Source: a virus (Duplodnaviria; Caudoviricetes). Taken from it: DNA of 64,000 nucleotides. A model generated the notes under the pieces. The model saw nothing but the letters and a program-made list of their open reading frames with translations. It did not search any database and was not told where the DNA came from. Shown here piece by piece: positions 19,286 to 28,820 of the stretch (positions are counted from its first letter, which is position 1; the number at the start of each line of letters is the position of its first letter). The translations under genes and the position numbers were made by a program. The stretch lies in IMG/VR virus record IMGVR_UViG_3300028805_000048; one strand, given 5' to 3'.

Positions 19286-19286
19286 T

Positions 19287-19331
19287 TGGAACATTTTTTG
19301 AATTTTTTATAGTAATATTATGGATTCTATA
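19287..19331 (+). promoter_or_regulatory. Putative bipartite promoter TGGAA-N33-TTCTATA (grx-groES-groEL unit)
   Basis: TGGAA 19287-19291, TTCTATA 19325-19331. Confidence 0.55.
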
Positions 19332-19371
19332 AATATAATTTGTAAAATCGTTAGATTTTTGTGAGGTAATT

Positions 19372-19587
19372 ATGGCAAAATCTGTAAAGAGTGTTAAAAA
19401 GACGCAAAAAACGACTAAATCTGTTAAAAATGTCAAAAAAAGCATCAAAAACAATGATTTAGAACAAGAAATTGACGAAAAATTAGATCAAAATGTTAAA
19501 AATGAAGAACAAGTTGATCAAAAAGATAATAAAAGTAAAAAGAAAAGTAATCTTTTTGCTAGTATGAAAGATATAATCTGGTTTTAA
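19372..19587 (+). CDS. Small Lys-rich low-complexity protein
   Basis: KSVK repeats, GAGG RBS. Confidence 0.65.
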   Translation: MAKSVKSVKKTQKTTKSVKNVKKSIKNNDLEQEIDEKLDQNVKNEEQVDQKDNKSKKKSNLFASMKDIIWF

Positions 19588-19605
19588 GAAAGGATTTTTA
19601 TAAAA

Positions 19606-19824
19606 ATGAAGCTGTTAACGATGAGTAGTTGTATTCCATGTAAAATGGTTAAACAATATTTTGCTGAAAATGATATAAAAGCTGAAATCTTAGATGTCAC
19701 AGAACATGAAGATTTAGTCGAACAATATAATATCAAACAAACACCGTCTCTAATTTTAGATGATGGTACAATTTTAGCTGGTAAAGATGATATAATTGAT
19801 CATTTTGAAGAAGAGGAGGAATAA
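19606..19824 (+). CDS. Glutaredoxin/NrdH-like redoxin
   Basis: CIPC motif, QTP cis-Pro segment, 72 aa. Confidence 0.85.
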   Translation: MKLLTMSSCIPCKMVKQYFAENDIKAEILDVTEHEDLVEQYNIKQTPSLILDDGTILAGKDDIIDHFEEEEE

Positions 19825-19825
19825 A

Positions 19826-20146
19826 ATGTCTAAAATTTATCAAGCTATTGGTCAAAACGTTTTTGTAGAAGAAATAGTTAAAGAAGAAAAGGTAGGTACA
19901 TTATATATTCCAGATTCTCTTTCGCAAGATTTTACATATGGTGAAGTAGTTTCTTGCGGAGAAGGTTATTGGGATAAGGGTGGTTTTGTTCCAATGACTG
20001 TTTGTGTCGGTGATATTGTAGCTTTTCCAAAGGTAGCTGGAACAAAAATTAGTTTAGGTGGTAAAAATTATATTCGTGTATACGCTTCTGATATCATCGC
20101 TAAAGAAGTTGAAGGTGAAATTTTAGAAAAGAAAGGAAATAAATAA
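19826..20146 (+). CDS. groES: Co-chaperonin GroES
   Basis: GTLYIPDS mobile loop, GEVVSCGEG, PMTVCVGDIV, GTKI, DIIA; GGAGG RBS supports start at 19826. Confidence 0.93.
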   Translation: MSKIYQAIGQNVFVEEIVKEEKVGTLYIPDSLSQDFTYGEVVSCGEGYWDKGGFVPMTVCVGDIVAFPKVAGTKISLGGKNYIRVYASDIIAKEVEGEILEKKGNK

Positions 20147-21792
20147 TGAGTAGATCAGCTTATTTTGATAAAGAAGCTCAAGACGCTTTAGTTAAAGGAA
20201 TAAACCTCGTTGCTGATAGTGTCAAAACAACGTTGGGATATGCTGGAAAAACAGTTGTTATTCAACAAGAAGATAAAACACCTATAATCACAAAAGATGG
20301 TGTTACTGTAGCAAGGCACATTTCACCAAAAGACGAAAAAGTGAAATTGGGTGCTGATTTGGCTATTAATGCTGCAGCAACGCAACTTCAAACTGTTGGT
20401 GATGGAACAACAACGGCAACTGTTCTTGGTCAAGCAATTGTAAATGCTGGTGTTCGTCAACTTGAATTGTCTGATAATAGTATCAATCGTACTTCTTTAC
20501 GTCATGGTATTGAAAAAGCATGTGATTGTGTGATCACTAAGCTTGATGAAATGAGTACAACAATTACAGAAGATAAACAGCTTGATAATATTGCAACTGT
20601 GTCTGCTAATGGTGATACAAAGCTCGGTAATATTGTTGCTGAGGCTTATCGTAAAGTTGGAAAAGATGGAGTTGTATTAGTCGAAGAAACAAAAGATCGT
20701 GATATTCGTCTTGAATTTAAGGAAGGCATGACATTTGATAAAGGTTGGACTTCACAATTTTTTATTACTAATCATGATAGTCAGACTGTTGAATTTGATA
20801 AACCTAAGATTCTTTTGTGTAATTCGAAGATCAGTAATTTTAAGACTTTGGCAGATGTTATTCAAGGAATAATCACTCGTGGACAGCCTTTAGTAATCAT
20901 TGCTGAATCTTTTGATACTTCTGTTACACAAGGTCTTGCTATGAATATTGTTCGTTCTGGTGGTCAGATGAAAGTAGCTTGTGTTGAAGCTCCTTCTTAT
21001 GGTGATGCTAGACTGGATAGATTACGTGATATGGCTTTATATCTCGGGGCTAATGTTGGTGATGATCCAATGGGAATTAAATTTGAGGCCATGTCAGAAG
21101 CTGATTTTGGTTCTTGTGATAAGATCATTATCAAACGTGATGAAACAATCATTTCTGGTGGTCATGGTAATGAGGCAGACATTAAAGCTCGCGTAGAAGC
21201 TATTCAAGGTGAAATTAAAGCTTTGAAAGAAAATGCTACTTGGGAAAAAGATGTATTAAATAAACGTCTTGCTTCTTTGACAACTGGTGTAGCTGTTATT
21301 AAAGTTGGTGGTTCTTCAGAAGAAGAAATTCATGAACTTAAAGATAGATTAGAAGATTCTCAATTTGCTGTTAAAGCTGCTCTTGAAGAAGGTTATTTAC
21401 CTGGTGGTGGCGTAACACTATTAAGATTATCTGAAGAATTAAATAATCTTGAGACGGTTAATGATGATGAACGGATTGGCGTTACTATTTTTGCTACAGC
21501 TCTTAAAGCTCCATTCAAGACAATTGTAGAAAACGCTGGTTTACACGCCGACGTTATTATTCCAGAAATTCTTAATAAAGATAAAGAATATGGATATAAT
21601 GTTGCTACAATGAAGATAGCTAATATGCTTGAAGATGGTATCATTGATCCTACAAAAGCTGTTAAAGGTACAGTACTTGCAGCTTCTTCTATTGCTTCTG
21701 TTGTTCTTACGTCTTCTGTGATTATTTGTAATGATCCAGTAGAAAATAACGGAGTAAATCTTAACATGATGGGTGCTGGTCCTATGATGTAA
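20146..21792 (+). CDS. groEL: Chaperonin GroEL
   Basis: ITKDGVTVA, GDGTTTATVL, EGMTFDKG, VAVIKVGG, PGGG, GIIDPTK, Gly/Met tail. Confidence 0.98.
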   Translation: MSRSAYFDKEAQDALVKGINLVADSVKTTLGYAGKTVVIQQEDKTPIITKDGVTVARHISPKDEKVKLGADLAINAAATQLQTVGDGTTTATVLGQAIVNAGVRQLELSDNSINRTSLRHGIEKACDCVITKLDEMSTTITEDKQLDNIATVSANGDTKLGNIVAEAYRKVGKDGVVLVEETKDRDIRLEFKEGMTFDKGWTSQFFITNHDSQTVEFDKPKILLCNSKISNFKTLADVIQGIITRGQPLVIIAESFDTSVTQGLAMNIVRSGGQMKVACVEAPSYGDARLDRLRDMALYLGANVGDDPMGIKFEAMSEADFGSCDKIIIKRDETIISGGHGNEADIKARVEAIQGEIKALKENATWEKDVLNKRLASLTTGVAVIKVGGSSEEEIHELKDRLEDSQFAVKAALEEGYLPGGGVTLLRLSEELNNLETVNDDERIGVTIFATALKAPFKTIVENAGLHADVIIPEILNKDKEYGYNVATMKIANMLEDGIIDPTKAVKGTVLAASSIASVVLTSSVIICNDPVENNGVNLNMMGAGPMM

Positions 21793-21835
21793 AGATAAAT
21801 ATTATTCTGTTGACATGATTGAAAATCTCCCTAAT

Positions 21836-21867
21836 GTCCTTGATTGAAATATATCAAGGACTTTTTT
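21836..21867 (+). terminator. Intrinsic terminator after groEL
   Basis: GTCCTTGAT/ATCAAGGAC perfect 9-bp stem plus T6. Confidence 0.85.
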
Positions 21868-21919
21868 ATAATCTATGGAAGAATTTATGACGTGGTTTGA
21901 AAAACAATAGTCACATTTT

Positions 21920-21928
21920 AAGTTCTAA
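21920..21928 (+). promoter_or_regulatory. Putative late promoter motif AAGTTCTAA
   Basis: Recurrent intergenic motif; heads the portal-containing block. Confidence 0.6.
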
Positions 21929-21955
21929 ATAAAAACGCGTTTAGAGTTAAATTTA

Positions 21956-23110
21956 ATGGTTAAAAAAAGTAATTCAAGACTTAAAGAGACGGCTTTTTCT
22001 CAATATAATCTTCGTGACGCCTATATTACGGAGATGTCAGAATATGTGAGTAATTTGAGAGATGAATCTTTGTTCTCAAATTATGGACTTCAAGTATTAG
22101 TAAGAATACCTGTTGTTAACGATAACATATTCGACAACGAAGTTGACGAATATTCAAATTTCGTAAACACAGAATGGATCGATACAACAGAATCGGTTAT
22201 ACCATTGTTTGGCGAATATCGTCAAGTACTTTCTGAACATGGTATGACTGCAGATGGCACAGATGGTTTATATCCTCTTGAAATCTTGATTCCTACAAAA
22301 CTTCATCTTCCACGTGATAGTCGTATTATTCTTAATGAGCATGATTGTAATTTCAATAAAGTTGCTCGTGAATGGCAAGTCTTAGGTACAATGCAAAAAC
22401 AGCTTAGTAACGGTTCGACTTATTCTAAAGTTGCTAATTGTGTACCTGCCCGTCAAACTACTTATGACACAAGTCATATTAAAGGTCAAAATATTATCTG
22501 GTTTGATTATAATGTGTCTGAAAATGGCTTTAGTAAAGATAATAACATCCGTGCGCAAGGGACTATCTGGTTCATTAACAAGCCAATTAATAGAAATGAA
22601 TCTGTTAGAGTTATTCATGATACAATATTTGAAGATATTCAAGATATTCCTAAAATAAATACAATAAATGAACATATAGAAGTACCATATTATTATGATA
22701 CTCGTTCTAAATATATTATTGAATCAGGTATTGGTTTTGAAGCAGGTGAACAATATGATATATTAGATGACAATGGAAATCCTTTATATATTATCATCGA
22801 TGAGGAAGGTAATAGAGAACAACTTATATTAACTGTTTCTAAAGTAAATGAGCATGGTGGGATAACAGAATTTGAATTGAATGTCGAAAAAGGATTTACG
22901 TTACTTGGTGACGATGGAGTAATGAGAATTGAATTAGTTAAAGATGAAGATTTTCCTGCTGTTATTGATTTGAAAACAAATATAATAAATGGATCAATAT
23001 ATAACGAAACTATTGAAGCATCTGTTATAGAAAAACCAAAATATCTATCACCTTATAGAATGGATGCCGTATTAATTGGTAAAAAAGTTGCAATAACGGT
23101 AACAGGATAA
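21956..23110 (+). CDS. Putative virion structural protein (neck/head-closure-like)
   Basis: 384 aa acidic beta-rich protein after the late motif, upstream of portal; family not firmly recognised. Confidence 0.4.
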   Translation: MVKKSNSRLKETAFSQYNLRDAYITEMSEYVSNLRDESLFSNYGLQVLVRIPVVNDNIFDNEVDEYSNFVNTEWIDTTESVIPLFGEYRQVLSEHGMTADGTDGLYPLEILIPTKLHLPRDSRIILNEHDCNFNKVAREWQVLGTMQKQLSNGSTYSKVANCVPARQTTYDTSHIKGQNIIWFDYNVSENGFSKDNNIRAQGTIWFINKPINRNESVRVIHDTIFEDIQDIPKINTINEHIEVPYYYDTRSKYIIESGIGFEAGEQYDILDDNGNPLYIIIDEEGNREQLILTVSKVNEHGGITEFELNVEKGFTLLGDDGVMRIELVKDEDFPAVIDLKTNIINGSIYNETIEASVIEKPKYLSPYRMDAVLIGKKVAITVTG

Positions 23111-23116
23111 AAAGAT

Positions 23117-23956
23117 ATGAGTGATTCTACTTGGAATGAAAAAGCTTTGAGTATCGTGTTGGGTTATAATTTTATTAAACCTGATGATTTTTCTATTAAT
23201 GAAATAAAAGAAATTTTAGATATAAAAAATAAATCATTAAAAGAAAATAGTGAAACAGATTTTAAAAAATATATGCGTGCTCAAAATATTTTAGTTAAAT
23301 TAGCAAAAGAATATGAAAAAGAATTAAAAAATTTATTTGCTGGTAAAAATAGTTCATTAAACATGAATTTTAACATAGATGGTATAACTTTTAAAATTTA
23401 TGATGCTAGTTTGAATAATGATAAAATATCATACACAGCTAATCCAAAAAATAAAGAAATCACAATATACACAGAATTACCAAGATTATTACAAAAAGAT
23501 AGTATTTCGGCATGTATTCATGAAATTATACATTGTTTAGATTATGATGATTTAAAAGATAGAAATGCTATAATGAAATCTGTTAATTTATCTGGTATAG
23601 ATTATCTTACTTCACCATTAGAATACAATGCTATAACAAATGAATTATTTTTAAAAGCAGTCAATATAGTATGCCAATATGCTTGGTTAAATAAAACAGA
23701 ACCGAAAGAATTAGTTAAAGATAAAAAACTTTTAGCTAAAATATTATCAAGAATGCTAACTGATATGTGTGAAAATGATGATACATATAAAAGATTTTTA
23801 GCATGTCAACCAGAAGATAAATTAAGGCGTATATTTAATAGATTATACGGATTTGTTGAAAAAGCCTTAAAAGAAAATTGTGTAAAATTTTTAGATAAAT
23901 TAACAAATTTACGATTAGAACTTTTATTTGAGTCTATTTTATTGGAGAATAAGTAA
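23117..23956 (+). CDS. HExxH zinc-metallopeptidase-like protein
   Basis: EITIY...CIHEIIHCLDY...YLTSPLEYNA (third-ligand Glu). Confidence 0.7.
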   Translation: MSDSTWNEKALSIVLGYNFIKPDDFSINEIKEILDIKNKSLKENSETDFKKYMRAQNILVKLAKEYEKELKNLFAGKNSSLNMNFNIDGITFKIYDASLNNDKISYTANPKNKEITIYTELPRLLQKDSISACIHEIIHCLDYDDLKDRNAIMKSVNLSGIDYLTSPLEYNAITNELFLKAVNIVCQYAWLNKTEPKELVKDKKLLAKILSRMLTDMCENDDTYKRFLACQPEDKLRRIFNRLYGFVEKALKENCVKFLDKLTNLRLELLFESILLENK

Positions 23957-24397
23957 ATGGCTATATATGGTTTACAAACAGATTTTATGAATAAACTTTT
24001 AAAAGAATATTTTTGTGGTGAAGTACCTAACTTAGAACAAAAAGAGTTATTTCTTGGTTTAGGTCTTACTCAAATAGGCGCAAGAGCTAACACTGAAGAC
24101 TTTGATGAAGTATTTGGTGGAAGACCTCTAGGTAACTATCAAAGAGCTCGTATTATTTTTGGAAAAGCTGTTGATGGAAATATTAGTAATATCAGTGAAG
24201 TTGTATTTAATACTGCATCTGAAGATTGGACTGAAGCAAATAAATATATAGAAATGATTGGTATTTTTGATACGATGGATTATGAAAATTCAAAGCCTTT
24301 AATTGTATTGCGTTTACCTAAATCTGAAACAGTTCTAAAAGGTGAGACATGTATATTTAATCCAGAAACAATACAACTGTGTTTGACAGATTATTAA
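23957..24397 (+). CDS. Small phage tail/virion beta-sandwich protein
   Basis: LFLGL...NYQRARIIF...GNISN...VFNTASEDW...IGIFD pattern seen in phage tail-associated proteins. Confidence 0.55.
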   Translation: MAIYGLQTDFMNKLLKEYFCGEVPNLEQKELFLGLGLTQIGARANTEDFDEVFGGRPLGNYQRARIIFGKAVDGNISNISEVVFNTASEDWTEANKYIEMIGIFDTMDYENSKPLIVLRLPKSETVLKGETCIFNPETIQLCLTDY

Positions 24398-24410
24398 TAG
24401 GAATTAAACA

Positions 24411-24605
24411 ATGACTAAATATAATATTTATAAATTAACATATTCTATAGAAGATAATAAAAGTGTTTATACTTTATCTAAAGAAATTGAAATAAATGAC
24501 GAATTCATTGAATCACAAGAAAAAGTAGATGAAGATTCTGAATTAGATTATTATAGAATCAATATGGTTTCTGGTAAAACTTATGTTATAGGAAAAAATA
24601 AATAA
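24411..24605 (+). CDS. Hypothetical protein
   Basis: 64 aa, AGGA RBS, coupled to next gene. Confidence 0.65.
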   Translation: MTKYNIYKLTYSIEDNKSVYTLSKEIEINDEFIESQEKVDEDSELDYYRINMVSGKTYVIGKNK

Positions 24606-25057
24606 TGACAAATTTAAGATTTATGTTAAATCCAAATTTTGTAAATACCTTGTTAGAAAATAATTTTGGTACACCATCATTTAATTTTCCTACAACGGAC
24701 GTGTATGCTGGATTAGGAATAGAGTTTGATGAAGAATCTTTTAATTTTACTAAAGAACCAGTTTCTAAAGGATTTACAATATTAGAAAAACCTATAAAAT
24801 TTGGTGATCCTTTAAATGGTGTAATAAGAAATATAGATGCTTTAGAGTGGCCAAAAGCTAAAGAGGATTGGACTAAGAATAGTGAAACAATAAAATATCT
24901 TGGTTTATATTATAGATATGAAAAAAGCAAATTAGATACAGAATATCGATATGAATTAATTGCTGTATTGCCTTTGCAACCTGATGAAACCGTTTTATAT
25001 GGTGAAAGAATGTCATTGAATACAAACATGATTCAATTAAGACTTGCTAATAGATAA
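24605..25057 (+). CDS. Paralog of 23957..24397
   Basis: VYAGLG...FG..LNGVIRN...WPKAKEDWT...LGLY...LIAVLPL...ETVLYGE...IQL aligns by eye with the upstream gene. Confidence 0.6.
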   Translation: MTNLRFMLNPNFVNTLLENNFGTPSFNFPTTDVYAGLGIEFDEESFNFTKEPVSKGFTILEKPIKFGDPLNGVIRNIDALEWPKAKEDWTKNSETIKYLGLYYRYEKSKLDTEYRYELIAVLPLQPDETVLYGERMSLNTNMIQLRLANR

Positions 25058-25073
25058 AGAGGAGTATACTAAT

Positions 25074-25256
25074 ATGGATACAAACAAAATTGTTATGAAT
25101 GAATCAATTGAAAAAACAGTAAAAGAAAATATTACAGTTAGTCTTGAAGATATGACTGAACAAGAATTTATTCAAGCTGTAAATAGTATTAAAGGATTAA
25201 ACGCTACTTTAACAGAATCTGGTGAAATTAAAATCAGACAAATTTTGTTAGGATAA
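25074..25256 (+). CDS. Small acidic protein, possible prohead core component
   Basis: GAGGAG RBS supports ATG at 25074; MNES/VKEN/LTES motifs. Confidence 0.55.
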   Translation: MDTNKIVMNESIEKTVKENITVSLEDMTEQEFIQAVNSIKGLNATLTESGEIKIRQILLG

Positions 25257-25260
25257 TATT

Positions 25261-25722
25261 ATGACTGATTATTCTAATTTATCGTTTCCTTTAAGATGTA
25301 TTTCTTATTACGCTTCTTCAAAATCTGGTTTAGATAATAAACACAGTTATGAATTTTGGTTAAGAGGAGTATGTATTCGTATTGTGTGTGATAAACCATT
25401 TAGTAGAAATGACGTTCTTGAAATACAGAACATAGAAGATACTAACATTGGTGTATTAATAAACACAAAACTCATTGATGAATGGGAACAAGAATATCCT
25501 GTTCTTAATTTTATAAGCGGCCGTTTGATTTATAATCGTTGGGCTGAATTTGAATATGACGTTACAGATGGAATACAAATAATTAAACCAATAGAACAAA
25601 TATTATCAAACAATCTTTCTATTGGTTTTATAATTCTTTGTTATAAATCTGGTAAAATATCTTGTGTTGATAAAAAAACCGATAATAGATTTGATGTGTG
25701 TGTAAATTTAAATTGGGAATAA
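25261..25722 (+). CDS. Hypothetical protein
   Basis: 153 aa ORF packed directly upstream of portal. Confidence 0.7.
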   Translation: MTDYSNLSFPLRCISYYASSKSGLDNKHSYEFWLRGVCIRIVCDKPFSRNDVLEIQNIEDTNIGVLINTKLIDEWEQEYPVLNFISGRLIYNRWAEFEYDVTDGIQIIKPIEQILSNNLSIGFIILCYKSGKISCVDKKTDNRFDVCVNLNWE

Positions 25723-25728
25723 AATATA

Positions 25729-27510
25729 ATGCCTAAAGTAAGTAAAGATGCAAAAAGAATAGCTAAATTAATAACTGAAAATGGTTTTTATGATCAGGAT
25801 TCAGAAACGCTATTCCTTTCTAATCCAGGAATTTCTTTCGATGTATTAAAAGGAATAGCGAAAAAACATAACTTCACAATCGGGCAGACGCGCTCTGGTG
25901 AATATATTTCTATTCCTACAGCATTTAAACATACTAGAGAAATGTTTGAATTATATGATGACTTTCTTAGTACATATACTTTCTTTAGTAAAAACTATGA
26001 ATCCATGTTAGACGTTTATAAAACCGTTGATCAAATGGATGAAAATGTTAGTGAAGTAAGTCTTATTCTTGATACATATACAGCGGAAGTTCTTTCTGAA
26101 GGATTTGTAGATAATCCATTAAATATAAAAATTTCTAATAAAAACGCTCAAACTCTTGTTGAAAAGATTCTTTATAAAAATAAGATTTATCAAAGATTAC
26201 CTAGTATTACTAGAGCTTTAGCCAAATATGGTAATGTAGGTCTTTTGTTATCTTATCCGTATCTTGAAAATTGGATGTTAGAACAAGATGTTAAAGATTT
26301 TAAGCGTATAAATGTTTTAGAAGATTTAATCATTTCTTATGTTGAACCAAATCGTTTTAAAGTAAATACAGATGAATATTATAATGTAATAAACTATGAA
26401 GTAGAAAATGATGCTGGTTTTGTCAATAGCATGAATGTTACAGCTAAGAGAAGTAAAAAAATATGGCAACCATGGAGTTTTGTACACGGCAAGATATTCG
26501 ATTCTTTAACAGAACCATATGGAAAATCAATGCTTTGGTCTATGAGATCTGCTTTTGATCAATTGACAACGCTTGAAGGTTTACTTGGTATTTCTCGTGC
26601 TTCTAAAATTCAACGTCTCGTATTTTATGTACCGTTACCGAATGGAATTAGCTTACCGCAATCTGCACAATTTTTAAACGAGTTTCGTGGTCAATATTTA
26701 AATTCTATGTTTAGTGATACAAATGCTCCAAAATTAGGTCGTAAATTACCAGGTGCAATGTCTATCTTAACTTTACCTGAAGCTGCTGATGGTAAAAAAG
26801 TTACGATCGATAAAATAGAAGCAAATATAGATTTAAGTCAAACAGAAGATGTTCAATACTTCTTGGATAAAATTTTACGTAATTCAAGTCTTCCTAAAGG
26901 TTATCTTGTCGGTGAAGATGTAATTACTACTTCTCAAGCTTTAGAAGCACAAGATTTAAAATTAAAACGTACTTTGATTCCTTTAAAGCGTGCTCTTCTT
27001 GATTGTATGATGACTTTAGTTGAAAATATTTTAACTCATTGTGGTTATGATGTTTCTAAAATGGAAATTGAGATAGGATTAAATGAGCCAATTCAAATTC
27101 CAGCTGATGTAATTGAAAAATATGGATCTATAGCAGAATTACTTAAAGGTTTTATAGAATTAAATCCTGGAATGACAATGATAAATAAATTTCAGTTTTT
27201 AATTAAAATGGGATTACCAGCTGATGTTGCCTCTCTAGTATGTAGTAATTCGACTTTGAATACTATGAATACTTCAGATGAATTAAGTAGATTTTTATTA
27301 GGTCAAAAAATTAAAGATCCACAAGCTGTATTAGCTGATCCAGAATTAGGTGAATCTGTGAAATATAAAATAAATTCAAATGTTTATAACGCTGAAAATC
27401 CATATTTGTTAAAGCTTTTAAAAGAAGTTTATGAAGATACACAATATGAAGATTCTAAAACATTATTTGAAAATGCTAAAAAGATATACGGTCATTCTTT
27501 AAATGGATAA
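25729..27510 (+). CDS. Portal protein, T4 gp20-like
   Basis: PYGKSML, ISRASKIQRLVFYV, EDVQYFLDKI..SSLPKGYL, QDLKLKR motifs of gp20-type portals. Confidence 0.88.
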   Translation: MPKVSKDAKRIAKLITENGFYDQDSETLFLSNPGISFDVLKGIAKKHNFTIGQTRSGEYISIPTAFKHTREMFELYDDFLSTYTFFSKNYESMLDVYKTVDQMDENVSEVSLILDTYTAEVLSEGFVDNPLNIKISNKNAQTLVEKILYKNKIYQRLPSITRALAKYGNVGLLLSYPYLENWMLEQDVKDFKRINVLEDLIISYVEPNRFKVNTDEYYNVINYEVENDAGFVNSMNVTAKRSKKIWQPWSFVHGKIFDSLTEPYGKSMLWSMRSAFDQLTTLEGLLGISRASKIQRLVFYVPLPNGISLPQSAQFLNEFRGQYLNSMFSDTNAPKLGRKLPGAMSILTLPEAADGKKVTIDKIEANIDLSQTEDVQYFLDKILRNSSLPKGYLVGEDVITTSQALEAQDLKLKRTLIPLKRALLDCMMTLVENILTHCGYDVSKMEIEIGLNEPIQIPADVIEKYGSIAELLKGFIELNPGMTMINKFQFLIKMGLPADVASLVCSNSTLNTMNTSDELSRFLLGQKIKDPQAVLADPELGESVKYKINSNVYNAENPYLLKLLKEVYEDTQYEDSKTLFENAKKIYGHSLNG

Positions 27511-27513
27511 ATC

Positions 27514-27849
27514 ATGGAAAAAGCTATAAATGGAATTCGTATAATAGAAAAGAAATGGTCATTTGTTTGGTTAAATGATCCAGAAAAGCAAGTGACTGAA
27601 GCAATGGATTATTTTGATTTTAAAGCAATTTTACATCAAACCTTCACAGAAGAACAAATAAATAAAATATTAGAAATGATAAATTGTGATGAAAAAATAT
27701 TAATAGATTTTGATAAAGAAAAAGTAAAATTAATAACTGTAAAAGATAAACCATTCACAGATCAAATGAAAGAATATATGAATCCAAATAGAGTTTTATT
27801 AGATTTAATTGATTCAGAAGAAAGTGTTGGTAAATTTGTTAAATATTAA
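27514..27849 (+). CDS. Hypothetical protein
   Basis: 111 aa ORF coupled to portal. Confidence 0.7.
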   Translation: MEKAINGIRIIEKKWSFVWLNDPEKQVTEAMDYFDFKAILHQTFTEEQINKILEMINCDEKILIDFDKEKVKLITVKDKPFTDQMKEYMNPNRVLLDLIDSEESVGKFVKY

Positions 27850-27867
27850 AGAAAGGATTGAATTGAT

Positions 27868-28233
27868 ATGAGTAGGTTAGATATATTTGGTGATGGAAGA
27901 AAAACTCCAAAAATTACTATAAATGTAAAAGTTAAAATAAAAACAAATGATCAGAAAGAAATAGCTGATTGGAATAGAGTATTTGGTTATATAATGAAAA
28001 AACCACGTACTAAATTAGAATTTTTAATGGTAGATCCAATTCGTTGTCTTGCTTTAGATAAAATTTACTTGAATGATATAAAAGATTATATTGAAGAAGA
28101 AGATTATAATCAATTAAAAACTGTAGAAAATATTTTTGATAAAAGAATAACTTCAGATATAAAAGCTTTCATTTTATCTATTTTAAGAATAAAAATTTCT
28201 ATTTTAGAAAATATTATTTTATCTAAGAATTGA
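27868..28233 (+). CDS. Hypothetical protein
   Basis: 121 aa, AAGGA RBS. Confidence 0.7.
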   Translation: MSRLDIFGDGRKTPKITINVKVKIKTNDQKEIADWNRVFGYIMKKPRTKLEFLMVDPIRCLALDKIYLNDIKDYIEEEDYNQLKTVENIFDKRITSDIKAFILSILRIKISILENIILSKN

Positions 28234-28444
28234 TTATAAAATAAGACGCTGGCAGTGTGATTAGTAGCTGGTCTATTGATTCAGGTGTAATTATTGTTCT
28301 TATTAATCCGTTTGGTACGCGGGTATAAGTTATGTTATATCCAAATTCATTAAAATTAGCATCAACAGATTCAAACAAATTTAAATTTTTTAAATTTGTT
28401 TCTTCTATCTCTTTATAATGTTCACGTTTTTTATATTTAAACAT
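28223..28444 (-). CDS. Hypothetical protein
   Basis: 73 aa, second gene of a small minus-strand pair. Confidence 0.6.
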   Translation of the reverse strand: MFKYKKREHYKEIEETNLKNLNLFESVDANFNEFGYNITYTRVPNGLIRTIITPESIDQLLITLPASYFIINS

Positions 28445-28446
28445 GA

Positions 28447-28668
28447 TTAATCACCAAAGTTATTTTCGATATACATTACAATATTTGGAAATTCATAAAG
28501 ATCTTTATCAGATAAAGTCAATTTTTTATCATTTAACGTAAATATATTGTTTTCAATGTTATATTTTTTATTTATAAAATCTTTTACTTCATCAAGTGAA
28601 AGATATATTTGTTTTTTGTTATCTGTTATAAGTTTAATACCAGTATCATCAAGATTAATCACACGCAT
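28447..28668 (-). CDS. Hypothetical protein
   Basis: 73 aa, AGGAG RBS, TTCTATA upstream. Confidence 0.65.
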   Translation of the reverse strand: MRVINLDDTGIKLITDNKKQIYLSLDEVKDFINKKYNIENNIFTLNDKKLTLSDKDLYEFPNIVMYIENNFGD

Positions 28669-28771
28669 AAAATAAACTCCTTTTTCATAACTATATATAG
28701 AATCTAAATAATCTATATTTGTAAAGCTATTATTTTAAAATGAATAATAAAAAACTTCCATTTACATAAAG

Positions 28772-28780
28772 AAGTTCTAA
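28772..28780 (+). promoter_or_regulatory. Putative late promoter motif AAGTTCTAA
   Basis: Recurrent intergenic motif. Confidence 0.6.
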
Positions 28781-28820
28781 TACAAAGTTATAAAAATCAT
28801 ATAAAATTAAGGTTATACAA

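Noticed and set aside
23915-23924. TTAGAACTT match to the late motif inside a coding region
   Set aside because: Antisense within a CDS with no downstream gene; expected by chance in AT-rich DNA
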